DNA of 64,000 nt, from IMG/VR virus record IMGVR_UViG_2654587976_000001, positions 1 to 64,000 of that record. One strand, 5' to 3'. The DNA comes from a virus (lineage: Duplodnaviria; Caudoviricetes). This document shows, one piece after another, positions 11,333 through 23,105 of the stretch (positions within the stretch are counted from its first letter, which is position 1; the number at the start of each line of letters is the position of its first letter). The position numbers and the translations under genes are program-made. The notes beneath the pieces are model-generated. The model searched no databases. It had not been told where the DNA came from and worked only from the letters and a program-made list of their open reading frames with translations.

Positions 11333-13814
11333 ATGAGTTGTTGAAATTTATACCTTTGTTTTTAAGACCATTTGCAAATTTATTGAATACAAAATCAGCT
11401 GTTTTCTGAGGATTCCCTGATTCGTTAATGGTGAATTCAACTTTAAAATCATTGTTGTTTACAGTGCCATTTACTGACTTAGCTGCGTCTGGTGGGGAAG
11501 AGAGGTTTTGAATAGTCGGGATCAAACTATTAGAAAGACTCGATAGATTAATATTCGGAATTATTGATGGGATAGTTGTGATTCCTTTGTTAATCAAGGC
11601 TGCTAATTTTCCACCTTGCCCCCATTTAGGTGTCTCTTCACTTGGAGTATTGTTCTCACGTACAGCTTTTACTGTATCTAAGATGTTTGCAGTATCAGTT
11701 TTATTAAGGATAAGTTCCTTATCATGAAGGAAAGCGAGTTTACCTGTGCCTAGTCCTGTACCTGTATATCCACCCGATGCAAAAGAGGATACCTTTTTCC
11801 CAGTTTTATTACCTTTGGTCACAGTATTCAGGGCATTGGAGGCTTCTTTAAGCTTATCGATAAGGTTATTAGAGATACTTTTACCAATGGACTCCATATT
11901 GCTGTTAATGAATTTAGAGAATTCATTCAGTTGCTTAGCAATATCAGTAATCTTCCCATCCATTAGCTTTTTCTCAAGTTCCTTAAATCCACGCTCATCA
12001 TTGACGAGATCATCATATTTCTTGTTAATTGAATCTTCGTCTTTTTGAAGCTGATCTTGTAACGATTCTTTTCGTTTACTGTTTTCACGATCTTTAAGAA
12101 ACTCATCTAATGCTTCTTGCTGTTCTTGAAGTTGCTTTTCTAAGTCTTTAACCTGTGATTTTGCTTCATCTGAGTCATCGAGAGACAGTTTATTTAGCTT
12201 ATCTTTGGTTTCCTGAATAGCCTGATTCTTTTCTTTGAGCTCTTTTTGGTATTTAGCTTCATCATCAGTTTTATCAATCTCATCAATCAAGTCTTGTGTA
12301 GCTTTTTGGTGCGCTTTTAATTCGATATCACGCATCTTTTCGTACATCTCTTTGTAGATAGAGACAACTTCATCAGCAAGAGATTTGTACACATCTTTGA
12401 TTGATTTCTTTGTGTTGTAAAGCTCCAGGTTGTAATCCTTCTGCTTGTCTTTCCAGTTCTCGATTTCTTCAGTAATTTGTTTCTGAATATCCGGGAACCC
12501 TTTAGCAGCTTTCTTTTGTGCTTCCAACTGTTTGATATACTTCTTCGCTTCAGTCTGTTGCTGCTGAATAAGCTTAATCTGTTGGCTATAATATTTAACC
12601 TTGTCTTTATCTTCCTCGGTCATGGATATTTTGTTTCCAACATCTTTAAGCTTGGATTCAGTTTTCTTGGTTGATTTCTCTATGCCGTTAAGCGTTTCAT
12701 CAACTTTGGATTGGATGAGCTGTCCCTGAAGTTCTCTTACTTCTTCTTGGAAATTGATGAGATCAATCTTAGCTTGTTTTAATTCCTCAGCAAGCTGTGC
12801 TCTTTGAGCGGCATTCAGAGTTTTGTTTGTTTTGATTTCTTTTTCAATAAAAGAAACCTTCTGGCTCTGAATCTTTTGCTGTTCAGTTAAAGCTTTTTTC
12901 TGATCGTTTGTATACTTGCGGAATTCTTTACTGTCGCTCAGGTAATGACTAGCGAGCGCTTTGTCTTTAGCGATTCTTACGTCAAAATCGCCAATACGCT
13001 TGTCATATTCATCGAGTTTCGATTGAACGATCTCATATCTGAGCTCTTGTATCTGATCGTTTACTGAATCAATGTCACCTTGGAGAGAGAGGAGGTCTGA
13101 TTTAGCTTGTGCGATTGCTTGCTGTCGTTCTGCTTCAGCTTGAGATGCATCTGAAATAGATGTACCGACACCTTTTAAATACTTCTCAGGGTCAATCGTC
13201 TTTCCGTTTTCCTCAATTTGAAGATGAAGGTGATTTCCTGTTGAATTACCCGTACTGCCAACTTTACCGATGGTCTGACCAGCTTTAACAGTTTGACCGG
13301 CTTTAACAGAAGGGGTATCAAGCATATGCATATACTTAGCAACTTTTCCATCATCCTGCTGAATGACAACCCAGTTACCGGCAGTCTTGCTATAACCAGC
13401 AATTTGAACTTTTCCACTCTGAACCGATTTAATTGCGGTTCCAGCTTTTGCGGCAAAGTCTGTCCCTTTATGTGGAGTTGATCGGTAAGCGCCATCTTTC
13501 GCATTATATTTAGAACTTATTTTAAACGCACTGTTCTTCGTGTAGTAGCTTGCAATGGAGGAATTAGCAGAAGTCATTGACTTAGTGTAATTTGACATGA
13601 TCTTCTGAACATAATTCTGCGTTTCCTTGAAAGGAGGGATGCCACCATATTTGATTACATTCCCAGGCCCTGCGTTATAAGCAGCAAGTGCTTTCTCAAC
13701 ATTGCCACCAAATTTACTTAGTTGTTGGGCTAAATATTTCGTACCACCCATAATGCTCTGATAAGGATCATAAACATTGTTTACACCTAAACTCTTAGCT
13801 GTGGATGGCATCAA
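11331..13814 (-). CDS. cwlP: cwlP/yomI exon 2: rest of the SLT lytic transglycosylase, M23 peptidase and C-terminal coiled coil
   Basis: Begins TTG ATG CCA (LMP) right after the intron 3' end; AAYNAGPG, ETQNYV, HKGTD, YMHM and HLH motifs. Confidence 0.92.
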   Translation of the reverse strand: MMPSTAKSLGVNNVYDPYQSIMGGTKYLAQQLSKFGGNVEKALAAYNAGPGNVIKYGGIPPFKETQNYVQKIMSNYTKSMTSANSSIASYYTKNSAFKISSKYNAKDGAYRSTPHKGTDFAAKAGTAIKSVQSGKVQIAGYSKTAGNWVVIQQDDGKVAKYMHMLDTPSVKAGQTVKAGQTIGKVGSTGNSTGNHLHLQIEENGKTIDPEKYLKGVGTSISDASQAEAERQQAIAQAKSDLLSLQGDIDSVNDQIQELRYEIVQSKLDEYDKRIGDFDVRIAKDKALASHYLSDSKEFRKYTNDQKKALTEQQKIQSQKVSFIEKEIKTNKTLNAAQRAQLAEELKQAKIDLINFQEEVRELQGQLIQSKVDETLNGIEKSTKKTESKLKDVGNKISMTEEDKDKVKYYSQQIKLIQQQQTEAKKYIKQLEAQKKAAKGFPDIQKQITEEIENWKDKQKDYNLELYNTKKSIKDVYKSLADEVVSIYKEMYEKMRDIELKAHQKATQDLIDEIDKTDDEAKYQKELKEKNQAIQETKDKLNKLSLDDSDEAKSQVKDLEKQLQEQQEALDEFLKDRENSKRKESLQDQLQKDEDSINKKYDDLVNDERGFKELEKKLMDGKITDIAKQLNEFSKFINSNMESIGKSISNNLIDKLKEASNALNTVTKGNKTGKKVSSFASGGYTGTGLGTGKLAFLHDKELILNKTDTANILDTVKAVRENNTPSEETPKWGQGGKLAALINKGITTIPSIIPNINLSSLSNSLIPTIQNLSSPPDAAKSVNGTVNNNDFKVEFTINESGNPQKTADFVFNKFANGLKNKGINFNNS

Positions 13815-16299
13815 GTAGAGTAAGAACCCGGCGCCTTGGCATATCTCTATGCTAGGTTTCCAAGAACTCCTCTCCGAACCGTACGTACACCTCTCGATGT
13901 ATACGGCTCTCCACTTATCAATCTAGCTTTCCGTTGTGCAATTTGAGATGGCAGTCTTTACAAAGCGCCATGGTTTTACGTTTTCTTTCAACCATGCGCT
14001 TTTCCCATCTTTTCTTGCCTTTTAGGTCTTTTAGCTTCCTAACGTGATGAATTTCAAGTGGCACGTTTGTACTATTGCACCATTCGCATTTTTCCGCTAA
14101 AAGTCTATCAATCAAACTCGTTCTATTATAAATAATTCCTCGTCCCATCGGGACGGCGTCTATAGAGATATCTTTGGAAATTTCGGTTTGCTTTCTAAAC
14201 CCATTATTGTAAAAGTAGGAAATTCTTTGCCCATTCTTCGTCTGATACCTTACGGCAAATTTGCCATTCACACTATACTTACTGATGATTTTGCTAACGC
14301 TTGATTTGTACTTACAAGCAAATGTTTTGTACATGCTGTATTCCATAATGTAACTAAAGCGATGAAGCTTGTATGCATTATTTGCTAAGCGATAATAGTT
14401 GTATAACCCTCTGATTTCAGCATTGTATATCGCAAGGATCTCTAAGTCATCATTTTGAAGAAGATGGGATCTGTGCATTGATTTCCATTTCTGATTCTTC
14501 GAATCTATTCTTATCGCTTTGTATTCAATAAGCTTGTTTCTCCACGCTTCATGAGGGACAAGAAGTTCACAAACCATTGATCTGGTTCGTTGCTTGTGTC
14601 CACTACTGGTGCGTTTTGAAGTTGAAGGATCATGACTGACCTTTATGTCATATCCCAAGAATCTTGCTCTGTTGGATGAGTGGGTGATTAGTGTTTTCTC
14701 TTGAGATAGCTCGACTTTGAGCTCTTGGATAAGATATTCTGTGATGTCTTTTTTAATTCTTTCACAGTCCTCTTTGCTACCAATAACACCGATAATGAAA
14801 TCATCAGCGTATCGCACGTATTGCAACCTTTTAAAACCATCGTCCATAGGGTCTTTATATGGTAATTCCATCATTTCATTTTTAAGTTGTTTAAGGTGAA
14901 CTATTGCATCTTCTTTTTCTTGTTCGTTCATGTCGTCCCAATTGTTTTTGTATTTATTTCTCGCTCGGAAGAGCCGCGTTTCTTTTGTGCGGTACTCTGT
15001 CGATCTCTTGCGAGAATTACCTTTGTCGAAAGATGTTTTATATTTCTCGATGAACTGATCCAGTTCATTCAAGTAGATATTCGACAGTATGGGGCTTATG
15101 ATCCCACCTTGAGGTGTTCCACTGTAAGTTTTACGATACACCCAATCTTCAAGAAAGCCTGCTCTGAGGAATTTCCATATGAGACTAATAAAGTTTTCGT
15201 CATCAATTTTCCTTCTGAGAATGTTTATAAGGATATGATGATCTATGTTGTCAAAGAAACCTTTTATATCGCCTTCTATGAACCACTTAGTACCAGTGAA
15301 TTTATTTTTTGCCTGGGTTAGAGCAGTATGACAACTTCGATTAGGCCGAAACCCGTGGGACACTGTGGAAAACGTTTTGTCATAGATGCTTGAAAGAAGC
15401 ATTCTCACTACTTCCTGTAGCAACTTATCTTCGAATGATGGTATACCCAATGGACGTTTTTTCCCGTTCTTCTTTGGGATATATGTTCGTTTCGATGGTT
15501 TTGGTTGATAGCTGTGATCTTTAAGACTGTTAATCAAATTCTCAATGCGTTCTAGGCTCATACCGTCGATAGTTTGACCGTCGGCACCTTCTGTCATATT
15601 TCCTTCTTTAGAATAGATGTTTGAATAGGCTAAGAGATAAAATTCCGTGTTGTACAAATTTCTATATAGACGTTTAAATTTATAATCCGAACGAGTTGTT
15701 TGTCTCGCTAGACTGTCTAACACGACTTGTGGACTTCTCATAGAGCCTCACGCTCCTTTCCATTTTTGTGTAAGACATGATAAGCTGTTTCCCTTCGCCA
15801 TGTGGTAGGCTTTCCCTACCTCGGACTACTACGGAAACTCCGTTACCTTATTGGATATTCAGGCACTAAATGCCATAGCTATTAAGCGTTCCAACTTAGG
15901 TAATCACCGTTTAGCACATGTAAGAACAAGCGCGTTGTAATTTCGGATGCGACGTTCGTCCTTTTCTTCTTATTGAAGACGGTCAACCTTTAGATCACTC
16001 CCGATTGACATGCAATTAATCAATAGGGTATTGGTTGTATAACGTTTATAAATACCTTCCGTTATAGATGGCCCTTTAATCACCTCGGACTATCGTTTAA
16101 GCAGTTTAGCTTTCACCCTTGTTTACAACTTTTCATCTTGCCATTCAGTCGTACCGTGGTATTTCGATAACTTATGGCTTTCTCAACATGCTACACTCCC
16201 CGTTCAGTTTCCTTCCCGGATAAGTTGAGTGATGACAGGAGACGTGATCGTACCTGTTTCTTGCTAAAGAAAATTTCTTACATGACCTTACGGTCGCAC
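13815..16299 (-). mobile_element. Group II intron (2485 nt, Ll.LtrB-like) in cwlP
   Basis: 5' GTGCG at 16299, 3' ...CTCTAC at 13815, domain V GAGCCGTATACATCGAGAGGTGTACGTACGGTTC; candidate EBS1 TTGCAT (16010-16015) in a stem-loop pairs with exon end ATGCAG; removal restores GLMQLMP in frame. Confidence 0.95.
13918..15741 (-). CDS. ltrA: Intron-encoded reverse transcriptase/maturase with HNH endonuclease
   Basis: RPLGIP, GTPQGGIISP, YVRYADD, domain X, C-terminal CEWC...EIHH...LCKDCH. Confidence 0.95.
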   Translation of the reverse strand: MRSPQVVLDSLARQTTRSDYKFKRLYRNLYNTEFYLLAYSNIYSKEGNMTEGADGQTIDGMSLERIENLINSLKDHSYQPKPSKRTYIPKKNGKKRPLGIPSFEDKLLQEVVRMLLSSIYDKTFSTVSHGFRPNRSCHTALTQAKNKFTGTKWFIEGDIKGFFDNIDHHILINILRRKIDDENFISLIWKFLRAGFLEDWVYRKTYSGTPQGGIISPILSNIYLNELDQFIEKYKTSFDKGNSRKRSTEYRTKETRLFRARNKYKNNWDDMNEQEKEDAIVHLKQLKNEMMELPYKDPMDDGFKRLQYVRYADDFIIGVIGSKEDCERIKKDITEYLIQELKVELSQEKTLITHSSNRARFLGYDIKVSHDPSTSKRTSSGHKQRTRSMVCELLVPHEAWRNKLIEYKAIRIDSKNQKWKSMHRSHLLQNDDLEILAIYNAEIRGLYNYYRLANNAYKLHRFSYIMEYSMYKTFACKYKSSVSKIISKYSVNGKFAVRYQTKNGQRISYFYNNGFRKQTEISKDISIDAVPMGRGIIYNRTSLIDRLLAEKCEWCNSTNVPLEIHHVRKLKDLKGKKRWEKRMVERKRKTMALCKDCHLKLHNGKLD

Positions 16300-19200
16300 C
16301 TGCATTAATCCGGCTGCGCCTGCTCCAGAACGAGCTCTTGCATTGAATCCTGATTCTTGTTGGATTACAGCTGCAATTAGAGCTGGATCAACACCGTATT
16401 TGCTTGCGGCAGAATTAATGTAGCTGGAGTATTTACCGGAGTAAGACCCGCCACCAGAAGAATAAGAACCACCAGAAGATGAACCAGAGGAAAGGGAAGA
16501 GGTTACGATACCGTATTGTGCAATGTTCCCTGACTTAATTTGATCCTTGAGGAGTTTGGCTTGCTCCTGCATAAGCTTTTTCTTTTGTTGAAGAGCTTTA
16601 ATTTCTTTCTGCAGGGCATTTCGATAACTTTGAGAATACTTTGGATAGTCGTTTACCTGCTTATTGTACTTTTCAACTTCAGCGGTGACTTTCTCCAGAG
16701 CTTCCTTGTATTTATCAGCCACGTACATAGATGTTTTCATTTCCTCAGAGGCTTTATCACTTGAAGAAGAAAGGTCGTCAAGAGATGTTCCTGTTTCGGA
16801 TAGGGAAGTTGAAGCCAAATCGGCTAGTTTATCAAGCTCTTTAAGCTGATCAGTGATATCAGTGACCTGGTTTAAATCATCCTGTGTTTTGGGTAGGAAC
16901 TGCAGCGCACCACTGTTCCCTTTTTTTAGTTCGTCGTATATCTTTTTCTTGTTGTCTTCAAGCTCAGACTTCATTTTATAAGCGTCTTGAACAGTCTTGA
17001 TAGCCTTGACTTCAGACTTATACATATTAATCTTTTTATTTAATGCATTAGCCTGATTAATTAGATCTTGTCTTACAGATTGTTGCATATCATTATAAGC
17101 TTTGAGTTTTGTGTCCCGAAGCTTAACAACTGCATTTCTGTTGATTTTTACAACACCATTTTCAACTGAAATTGCATCAGCAAGATCATGTTCTTTCTGA
17201 ATAAGCTTCATGGCTTCTGTTGCAGATATGCTTTTACCTTCAGACATTTTTTCAAGGAGGTTGTTTAAAGGGGAAATGCTGTCAGACATAGTATCATAAG
17301 CTTCATTTTGAATAGCAGATATAGCAGCATCATTTTGCTTCGATTCAACTAATTCATCGATGATTCCTTTAATTGCTTCAAAATCACCTTTAGCTTCTTT
17401 GAGCTTGTCAGATAAATTCCCGACTTGCTCACCTAATGCATCTACACCTTCACCATTTTCATCCCAGGTTACTTTTGCAGTTTGTGCAGAATCGTTTGTA
17501 GAGTCAATGGCAGTTTTAAGATCATCATAAGATAAAGCCAAACCATTAGCTTTATCTTTACCACTCATATATTGATTAACAAGCTGTTCTAAGCTTTTAG
17601 AGGCGGAATCAAAATTATTTTTATTCCCCGATTGCAGAGCTTTTTGGATATTATCCATGTATTTCGAAACATTTATTGAAAATGACTCAAGTTCATCTGC
17701 ATTCATTTTGCTGAAGTCAATTTTATCAAATGCGTTAGATATTTCCCTTGAAAGATTCGGATTTATCTTTATTGAGTTAAAGGCATCAATTGTCTGTTGT
17801 ACTTGCTCTCTAATTTTAGCCTGTGAGCTGGATAGCTCTTGTTCAGTACGTAGTGCATCTTGTTCAGCTTTAATACCTTGATTTTTTTTGTCATTTTCAG
17901 AAGAGAAAATATCCCAACTCTTGCCGTTTTTATAATAATCGGCAACCTGCTTGTACTGTTTAATCTTATCATTGAGTTTATCAATGTCTTTTAAGCTTTC
18001 CTTAAAGTTACTATTGGCACCTGTTTGAATGTCTTTTTTGTTTAAATTACTAAGGTCTTCAGTGTACTTTATAGCATCCTTAAGTGCTTGGTTTTTCTTT
18101 AATATTGCTTGCCCTTGAGAATCATAACCAGCGATCAAATTCGGGAATGTTTGTGCTAATTGTTGTGTTACTTGCAGATATTCTTGCTCTTGGTCAGCCG
18201 ATAAAGCTCCGCCATCTTTAGCCTTTTGTAATTCTTTGTATTGACTAATCAGTTTGTCTGTTTCATCTTTATTCGTTGTAATTGCTTCAATGCTAGTAGT
18301 TTTAGCTTGCTCAAAGTCTTCTCTAGCTTGTTTTAATTCAGAATAAGAGGAAATGAGTTTCTCGATAACGACGCCAAGTCCAACCATAGCTGCCATTGGA
18401 AGAAAACTGCCCGCTAAAAACGCGCTTGCAGAGACTGCTACTTTCTTTAGATTGCTCATCGCAACGCTTGAAGCATTAACCACTCGAGTCCAAACTGCAG
18501 TTTTAGCTGAAGCTGTGGTTGCGCCAATCCCAACAGCATTAAAGTTTAAGACAAGATTTTTAAGGGTTGATATTGCAGACATTCCAGTTGAGATGGTAGC
18601 TGTACGAAGAGAGGTGTTGAAAAGCAGGATTGCAGTTGTCGCAGAACCAAAAACTTGAGGGAGGAGCCCGACTGTTTTAGTAATTTGAGCACTTGTTTGC
18701 ATTAATCCTTTAAGTGCTTCTGCAAAAACAACAATGCTATTAGAGATGAAGGCTTCACTTGAGGCAACCGACATTTCTGTAAATGCATTTGACAGCCTGT
18801 TTAATCTTGCCTGTAAACTGTCAGCGTATTTCTGCTGTTCACTCCAAGCGCTTCCTGCGGAATTAGCTGCAGTGGTCGCTGCATTTTGTGATATGGAAAA
18901 ATTATTCATCAAGGCATTAAATCTAGAAAGCTGATAAATGCCCGCTACACCTATTGAGGTATTTTGTTTTTGAGCATCGCTGAGGGTATTCCATTTGTCT
19001 GCTAACTCATTAATTAAATCAGTAGCAGATTTCGCCTCACCACTGGCAGTTTTCACAGAAATACCAATCTGTTCTAAGGCTTTAATTGAGCTATCATTAT
19101 TTCCAATACGTGCGAAAATGGTTTTAAGTGAGTTACCAACAATGTTTCCTGATTCACGGGTTGTGCTTGCAATTGCTGTAGTATAACCAATCAGATCGTT

Positions 19201-20700
19201 TAATTCAACACCAAAAGTGGAAGCGGTGCTTCCTGCTTTTCGAATCGAATTCGCTAGGTCAAGAGTAGTTACAGCATAGTTGTTATCGACTTCATTAAGC
19301 TTATCTGCAATTGAAATAGAATCATTCGCAGCAATATTGAAGTTTAACATTGCGGCAGTTAAAGTGTTAACTGTGTCGTCAGGAGTCAAGTCAGAGACGT
19401 TTTGAAGTACCTGAGCGGTTTTTGTTAGAGTGGACAGTTCACTTTCATCGAACCCCATACGCCCGAAATCGCCAGTCATTTGAAGTATGTCAGTGATCTT
19501 GTTTGAAAGAGTGTCTCCTAGGTTTATTGATTCCTCGAGTAGCTCATTGTACTTATAATCAGGCTCATTCATTACACGTCTGATGTTTGTCATTAGAGTA
19601 TCAATTTCAACAGCCTGGGAGACCATTTCCTTGAGTCCAGATATAGCGCCATAGAATAAAGAACCGGAGATCAAATATGTCGACATACTTTTGAAAGCTT
19701 GAGTTAACTCCGTGCCAAAAGAGGAGGCTTGACTAGACGCTGTTTGAGCATTTGAAGCCAACTCCCTAAATTGCATGTTCAAGCTTTGCATTTGAGATCT
19801 GATATTACTACCGCCGGCACTTACATTAAGACTATTTACTGCATTTAAATAATCTTGAGCAGCTTGTCTATTGCCGGCACCCATTGTATCGCCGTAACGT
19901 GTATTAAGGTTTTGTACGTTTACCTGCGCTTGGCGTTGATACAACTCAATAGTTTTTCTGAGTTCATTATTTTTCGCCACAGCAGCAGACTTATCATCGA
20001 GCATCTTAATTCTGTTTTGTAATGCTTCAATTTGTTGTGCTGTTTGAGCAGTATTTAGTTTCCGTCCAAGGGAAGAGAGAGTGGTGTCAGTTACAATCCC
20101 TTGTTGTCTAAGTTTTTCTAAATCCAGCTTTAATTGTTCAATTGCTTTTCGTTGTTGATCATAGTTTGTTGTAACTTTCGACGATGTAGCGTTTGTTTTT
20201 GGGTCTGTTGTATAGGAAATATCGTCAAAGCCGTTGCGGTTCTTTTGAGTAACCCTCGTTGTTTGTCCTTGAGCATTCTTTTGTTCTGTTTTCTTCTGTA
20301 CCTGACCAAGTTTTTCAGTCGCTTGGGCAAGCCTGTTAACTTCTTGTGTTTGTTCACGTAATGATTGATTACGATTGTCTATGGTCTTTGTTTCACGCTG
20401 AATTATTTCGCCATTTTTCTTATACTGCTGCGTTAGTTTTTCAACAGTACCATCGGCATTTCTGGTAATCGTTGTAGTTTCTTTAACTGTTTGATTGAAG
20501 GATTTGAGATGTTTTTGGTAAGAGTCAACCGCAGAGGAGAAGTCGTTGAGAGTCTTTAAAGCAGAGGCATCAATATTGGTCTTTAAATTAAGGGAATTTA
20601 GCTTTTTCTCTAAAGATTTAATTTGCTGATTTAACTGTTCGACAGTTTTTGAAGAAGTATCAGCTTTGGGTGTGAGTATGATCTTTAAATCTTGACTCAA
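16300..20700 (-). CDS. cwlP: cwlP/yomI exon 1: tape-measure domain and N-terminal half of the SLT domain (probable TTG start at 20700; spliced product ~2294 aa)
   Basis: TP901-type tape-measure core (TRESGNIVGNSLKTIFARI); IQQESGFN...GAAGLMQ ends at the intron start. Confidence 0.92.
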
Positions 20701-20763
20701 ATATAGGTCACATCCTTTCGAATAGGGGAGAGTGATTTTTAGGGCATATAAAAAAGCCACTCG

Positions 20764-21390
20764 TTATTGAGCGACTTTGTTTGCTTTCCGTATTGCTATC
20801 TCCATAATACCCTGCCATATTTCGGCCTTTGATAAAGCATCTTTAACTTTTAGATCGTCCTGTCTAAACCCTTTAACATTCTCTAGGCCAAATTCATCTT
20901 TACTCGTTAGGAAATCAAATCTGTAAATAGGGGAGGAGAAATCATCGAGCTTTAATTTTAAATCAATTTTTTTAAAGTACTTTGTTTCTGTCTTATTAGA
21001 AGACAGCCCGCCAACTAACGCTCCAATACTTCCTGCTGCTAACCCACCAACAACAGCGCCTGTTATTTGACTTCCTTTGGACACTTTTGTAACTGTGTTA
21101 TCATCAATTGTAACTTCAGCTTGAATTATTTTGCTGAAGGGGACAATTCTCTCTTCTATTGTTCCATCCTGTTTGAAGCTGTGAATTACAAATTTATTTT
21201 CTGGATCAATTAAAGTAAGCTTTGCATTTTTATCTGGATTTATGATGGACTTATAATTAGAAGGGAAATTTCCAACCGTTTCAATCTCGCCAGCTCTTTT
21301 TTTGTCCATTTCTTTTTGCTTATCCGAAGCGCTAACCCCAATAATAATGAAAGCGCCAACCACTAAAATTAGAATGATAGCCCAGATCAT
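20764..21390 (-). CDS. Membrane-anchored accessory protein
   Basis: N-terminal TM helix, glycine-zipper GAVVGGLAAGSIGALVGG; own TGATATAAT -10 upstream. Confidence 0.7.
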   Translation of the reverse strand: MIWAIILILVVGAFIIIGVSASDKQKEMDKKRAGEIETVGNFPSNYKSIINPDKNAKLTLIDPENKFVIHSFKQDGTIEERIVPFSKIIQAEVTIDDNTVTKVSKGSQITGAVVGGLAAGSIGALVGGLSSNKTETKYFKKIDLKLKLDDFSSPIYRFDFLTSKDEFGLENVKGFRQDDLKVKDALSKAEIWQGIMEIAIRKANKVAQ

Positions 21391-21748
21391 CCAACCACCA
21401 CCAGTATTATTTTCCTACATTATATCATGATTTCCAAAAGGTTAGAACTGGATCAAAAAAAGGGGGGAGTAGAATCCATCTTTTTTTCGTCTCGAGCTTT
21501 ATCTTCTTTAATTCTAATTAATAAATCTTGAAAGAAGGTTGAAGTGTTATGCCTCCTTCTGTCAAAAATCAGCTATTGTAATAGTGCCGCGCTAAATAAA
21601 AACTTCAATTTTGTTATTCTGGGAAGTAGCTCGTTGTTCGCTTAATAAGTTCGGCTATATTTAATTCCCAAAATTTATGTCTGTTCATTTAAGCAATGAC
21701 CACCTCTATACAGCGTTAAAGTAAATAAACATCCTCTTTAAGAGGATG

Positions 21749-22228
21749 TTAGTTTTGATTTTGTAAATTTAAATAAAAAGGGATAAAAGAGTCTTCTGGG
21801 CTGTTCTGTTTTGGTTTAATATCAACAACAACTTTAATTTTGAGTAACACTTTTATACCATTTTCTTTATAATAAGTATTTAACAAAGTGATATGAGAGT
21901 CTAAAATAGGTTTAAAATAAATAATCGATATCCAAATCACTCTGAAAATTGTCCTAAACTTAGAATTCAGTCTTCTTTTAATTTTTTTCTTAACACTTTC
22001 TGGTATATTATTTTTGCTATTTAAAATACTTATAAGATCAGTTTTGTGTTTGATGAAATTTTTATATGCATAATACGGATGAAATATTGTTACTAAAAAA
22101 ATATTTGAAATATGTATCAGGAAAAATTTTTTATGGTCAGTATAGTAAACAATTCTTAAAAGTAAGCCCATAATAACTGAAACAATAAATACAATAATTA
22201 ATATTTTATAATCTTGTGTTGTAAGCAT
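21749..22228 (-). CDS. Low-GC membrane protein (moron)
   Basis: GGAGG RBS, hydrophobic segments, very AT-rich. Confidence 0.65.
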   Translation of the reverse strand: MLTTQDYKILIIVFIVSVIMGLLLRIVYYTDHKKFFLIHISNIFLVTIFHPYYAYKNFIKHKTDLISILNSKNNIPESVKKKIKRRLNSKFRTIFRVIWISIIYFKPILDSHITLLNTYYKENGIKVLLKIKVVVDIKPKQNSPEDSFIPFYLNLQNQN

Positions 22229-22243
22229 TTATTGCACCTCCAG

Positions 22244-22717
22244 TTAACTAGCCTTTACCTCAGGCTTTATTGCCATTGTGTCCTTATTAGTTTTCCTGAA
22301 ATACCTTGTAGCCATGTTGATTAATTCCAATCCCATCATGGCTATAACGGCTACAGATGTACATATAATATAATTATACAGAGGGATTGGACTTATTCCA
22401 TTTAATAAGTAGTTATTTGCATTTCCTTGAATAAAATATTCATTTTTAATATGGGCTAGAATAAAAAAATCAAATGCTCCCATTGATTCGAATATACTTA
22501 TTAATAATGTTACTACAAAACAAGAAATCGAAATCGCTCGTTCTAGCTTTTCACTTGAAAAGGTAGCATTCAAATAGTCTGCACATAACATTAAAAAGAA
22601 TACTAGCCTTGTAACAAAAAACACTTTGCTATCAGTTTCTGTAGTTACTGCTGGACAGATAAGAATAATATTGAATATTATAATAATCATTCTAAAAATA
22701 ACTAAAAGTGGATGCAT
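22244..22717 (-). CDS. Low-GC four-TM membrane protein (moron)
   Basis: Four hydrophobic helices; upstream TTGAAA-N17-TAAAAT sigmaA-like promoter. Confidence 0.65.
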   Translation of the reverse strand: MHPLLVIFRMIIIIFNIILICPAVTTETDSKVFFVTRLVFFLMLCADYLNATFSSEKLERAISISCFVVTLLISIFESMGAFDFFILAHIKNEYFIQGNANNYLLNGISPIPLYNYIICTSVAVIAMMGLELINMATRYFRKTNKDTMAIKPEVKAS

Positions 22718-22845
22718 TTTAGGAACCTCTTCATTTTAGGATATCACTGTCATTTTACCTTAAATTCCAAAAATTTTCAACTTTTTTACGAAAAAGCAAA
22801 ATCCCTCTTGATGAAGGATCTTGATTCTACATAAAAGAGTGATAC

Positions 22846-23100
22846 CTAAAGTAAATCAATTGATATGTCTCCCAACAGGCTTTTCTTAATCTTTCCGTAT
22901 TCAAGTTTACGGGTACTTGCGTTGTAAACAAGAACTTTTCCATCACTGATCTTGGATTCATCAATATGTTTAGACCCGAATTGATTCTTATCTGCTTTAG
23001 TATCAAGATGCCTAGTTAATTCAACAACAGCTTCGTTCAATTCATTAATTTGCTGTTGCATATTCTCAATTGAACTTTGGTGAGGATTGAAGAGGCTCAT
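22846..23100 (-). CDS. Hypothetical coiled-coil protein
   Basis: ORF directly after yomM. Confidence 0.55.
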   Translation of the reverse strand: MSLFNPHQSSIENMQQQINELNEAVVELTRHLDTKADKNQFGSKHIDESKISDGKVLVYNASTRKLEYGKIKKSLLGDISIDLL

Positions 23101-23105
23101 AATGT

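Noticed and set aside
13918-15741. RT as a retron, DGR or defence RT
   Set aside because: It has maturase and HNH domains and lies inside a complete group II intron with correct splice boundaries
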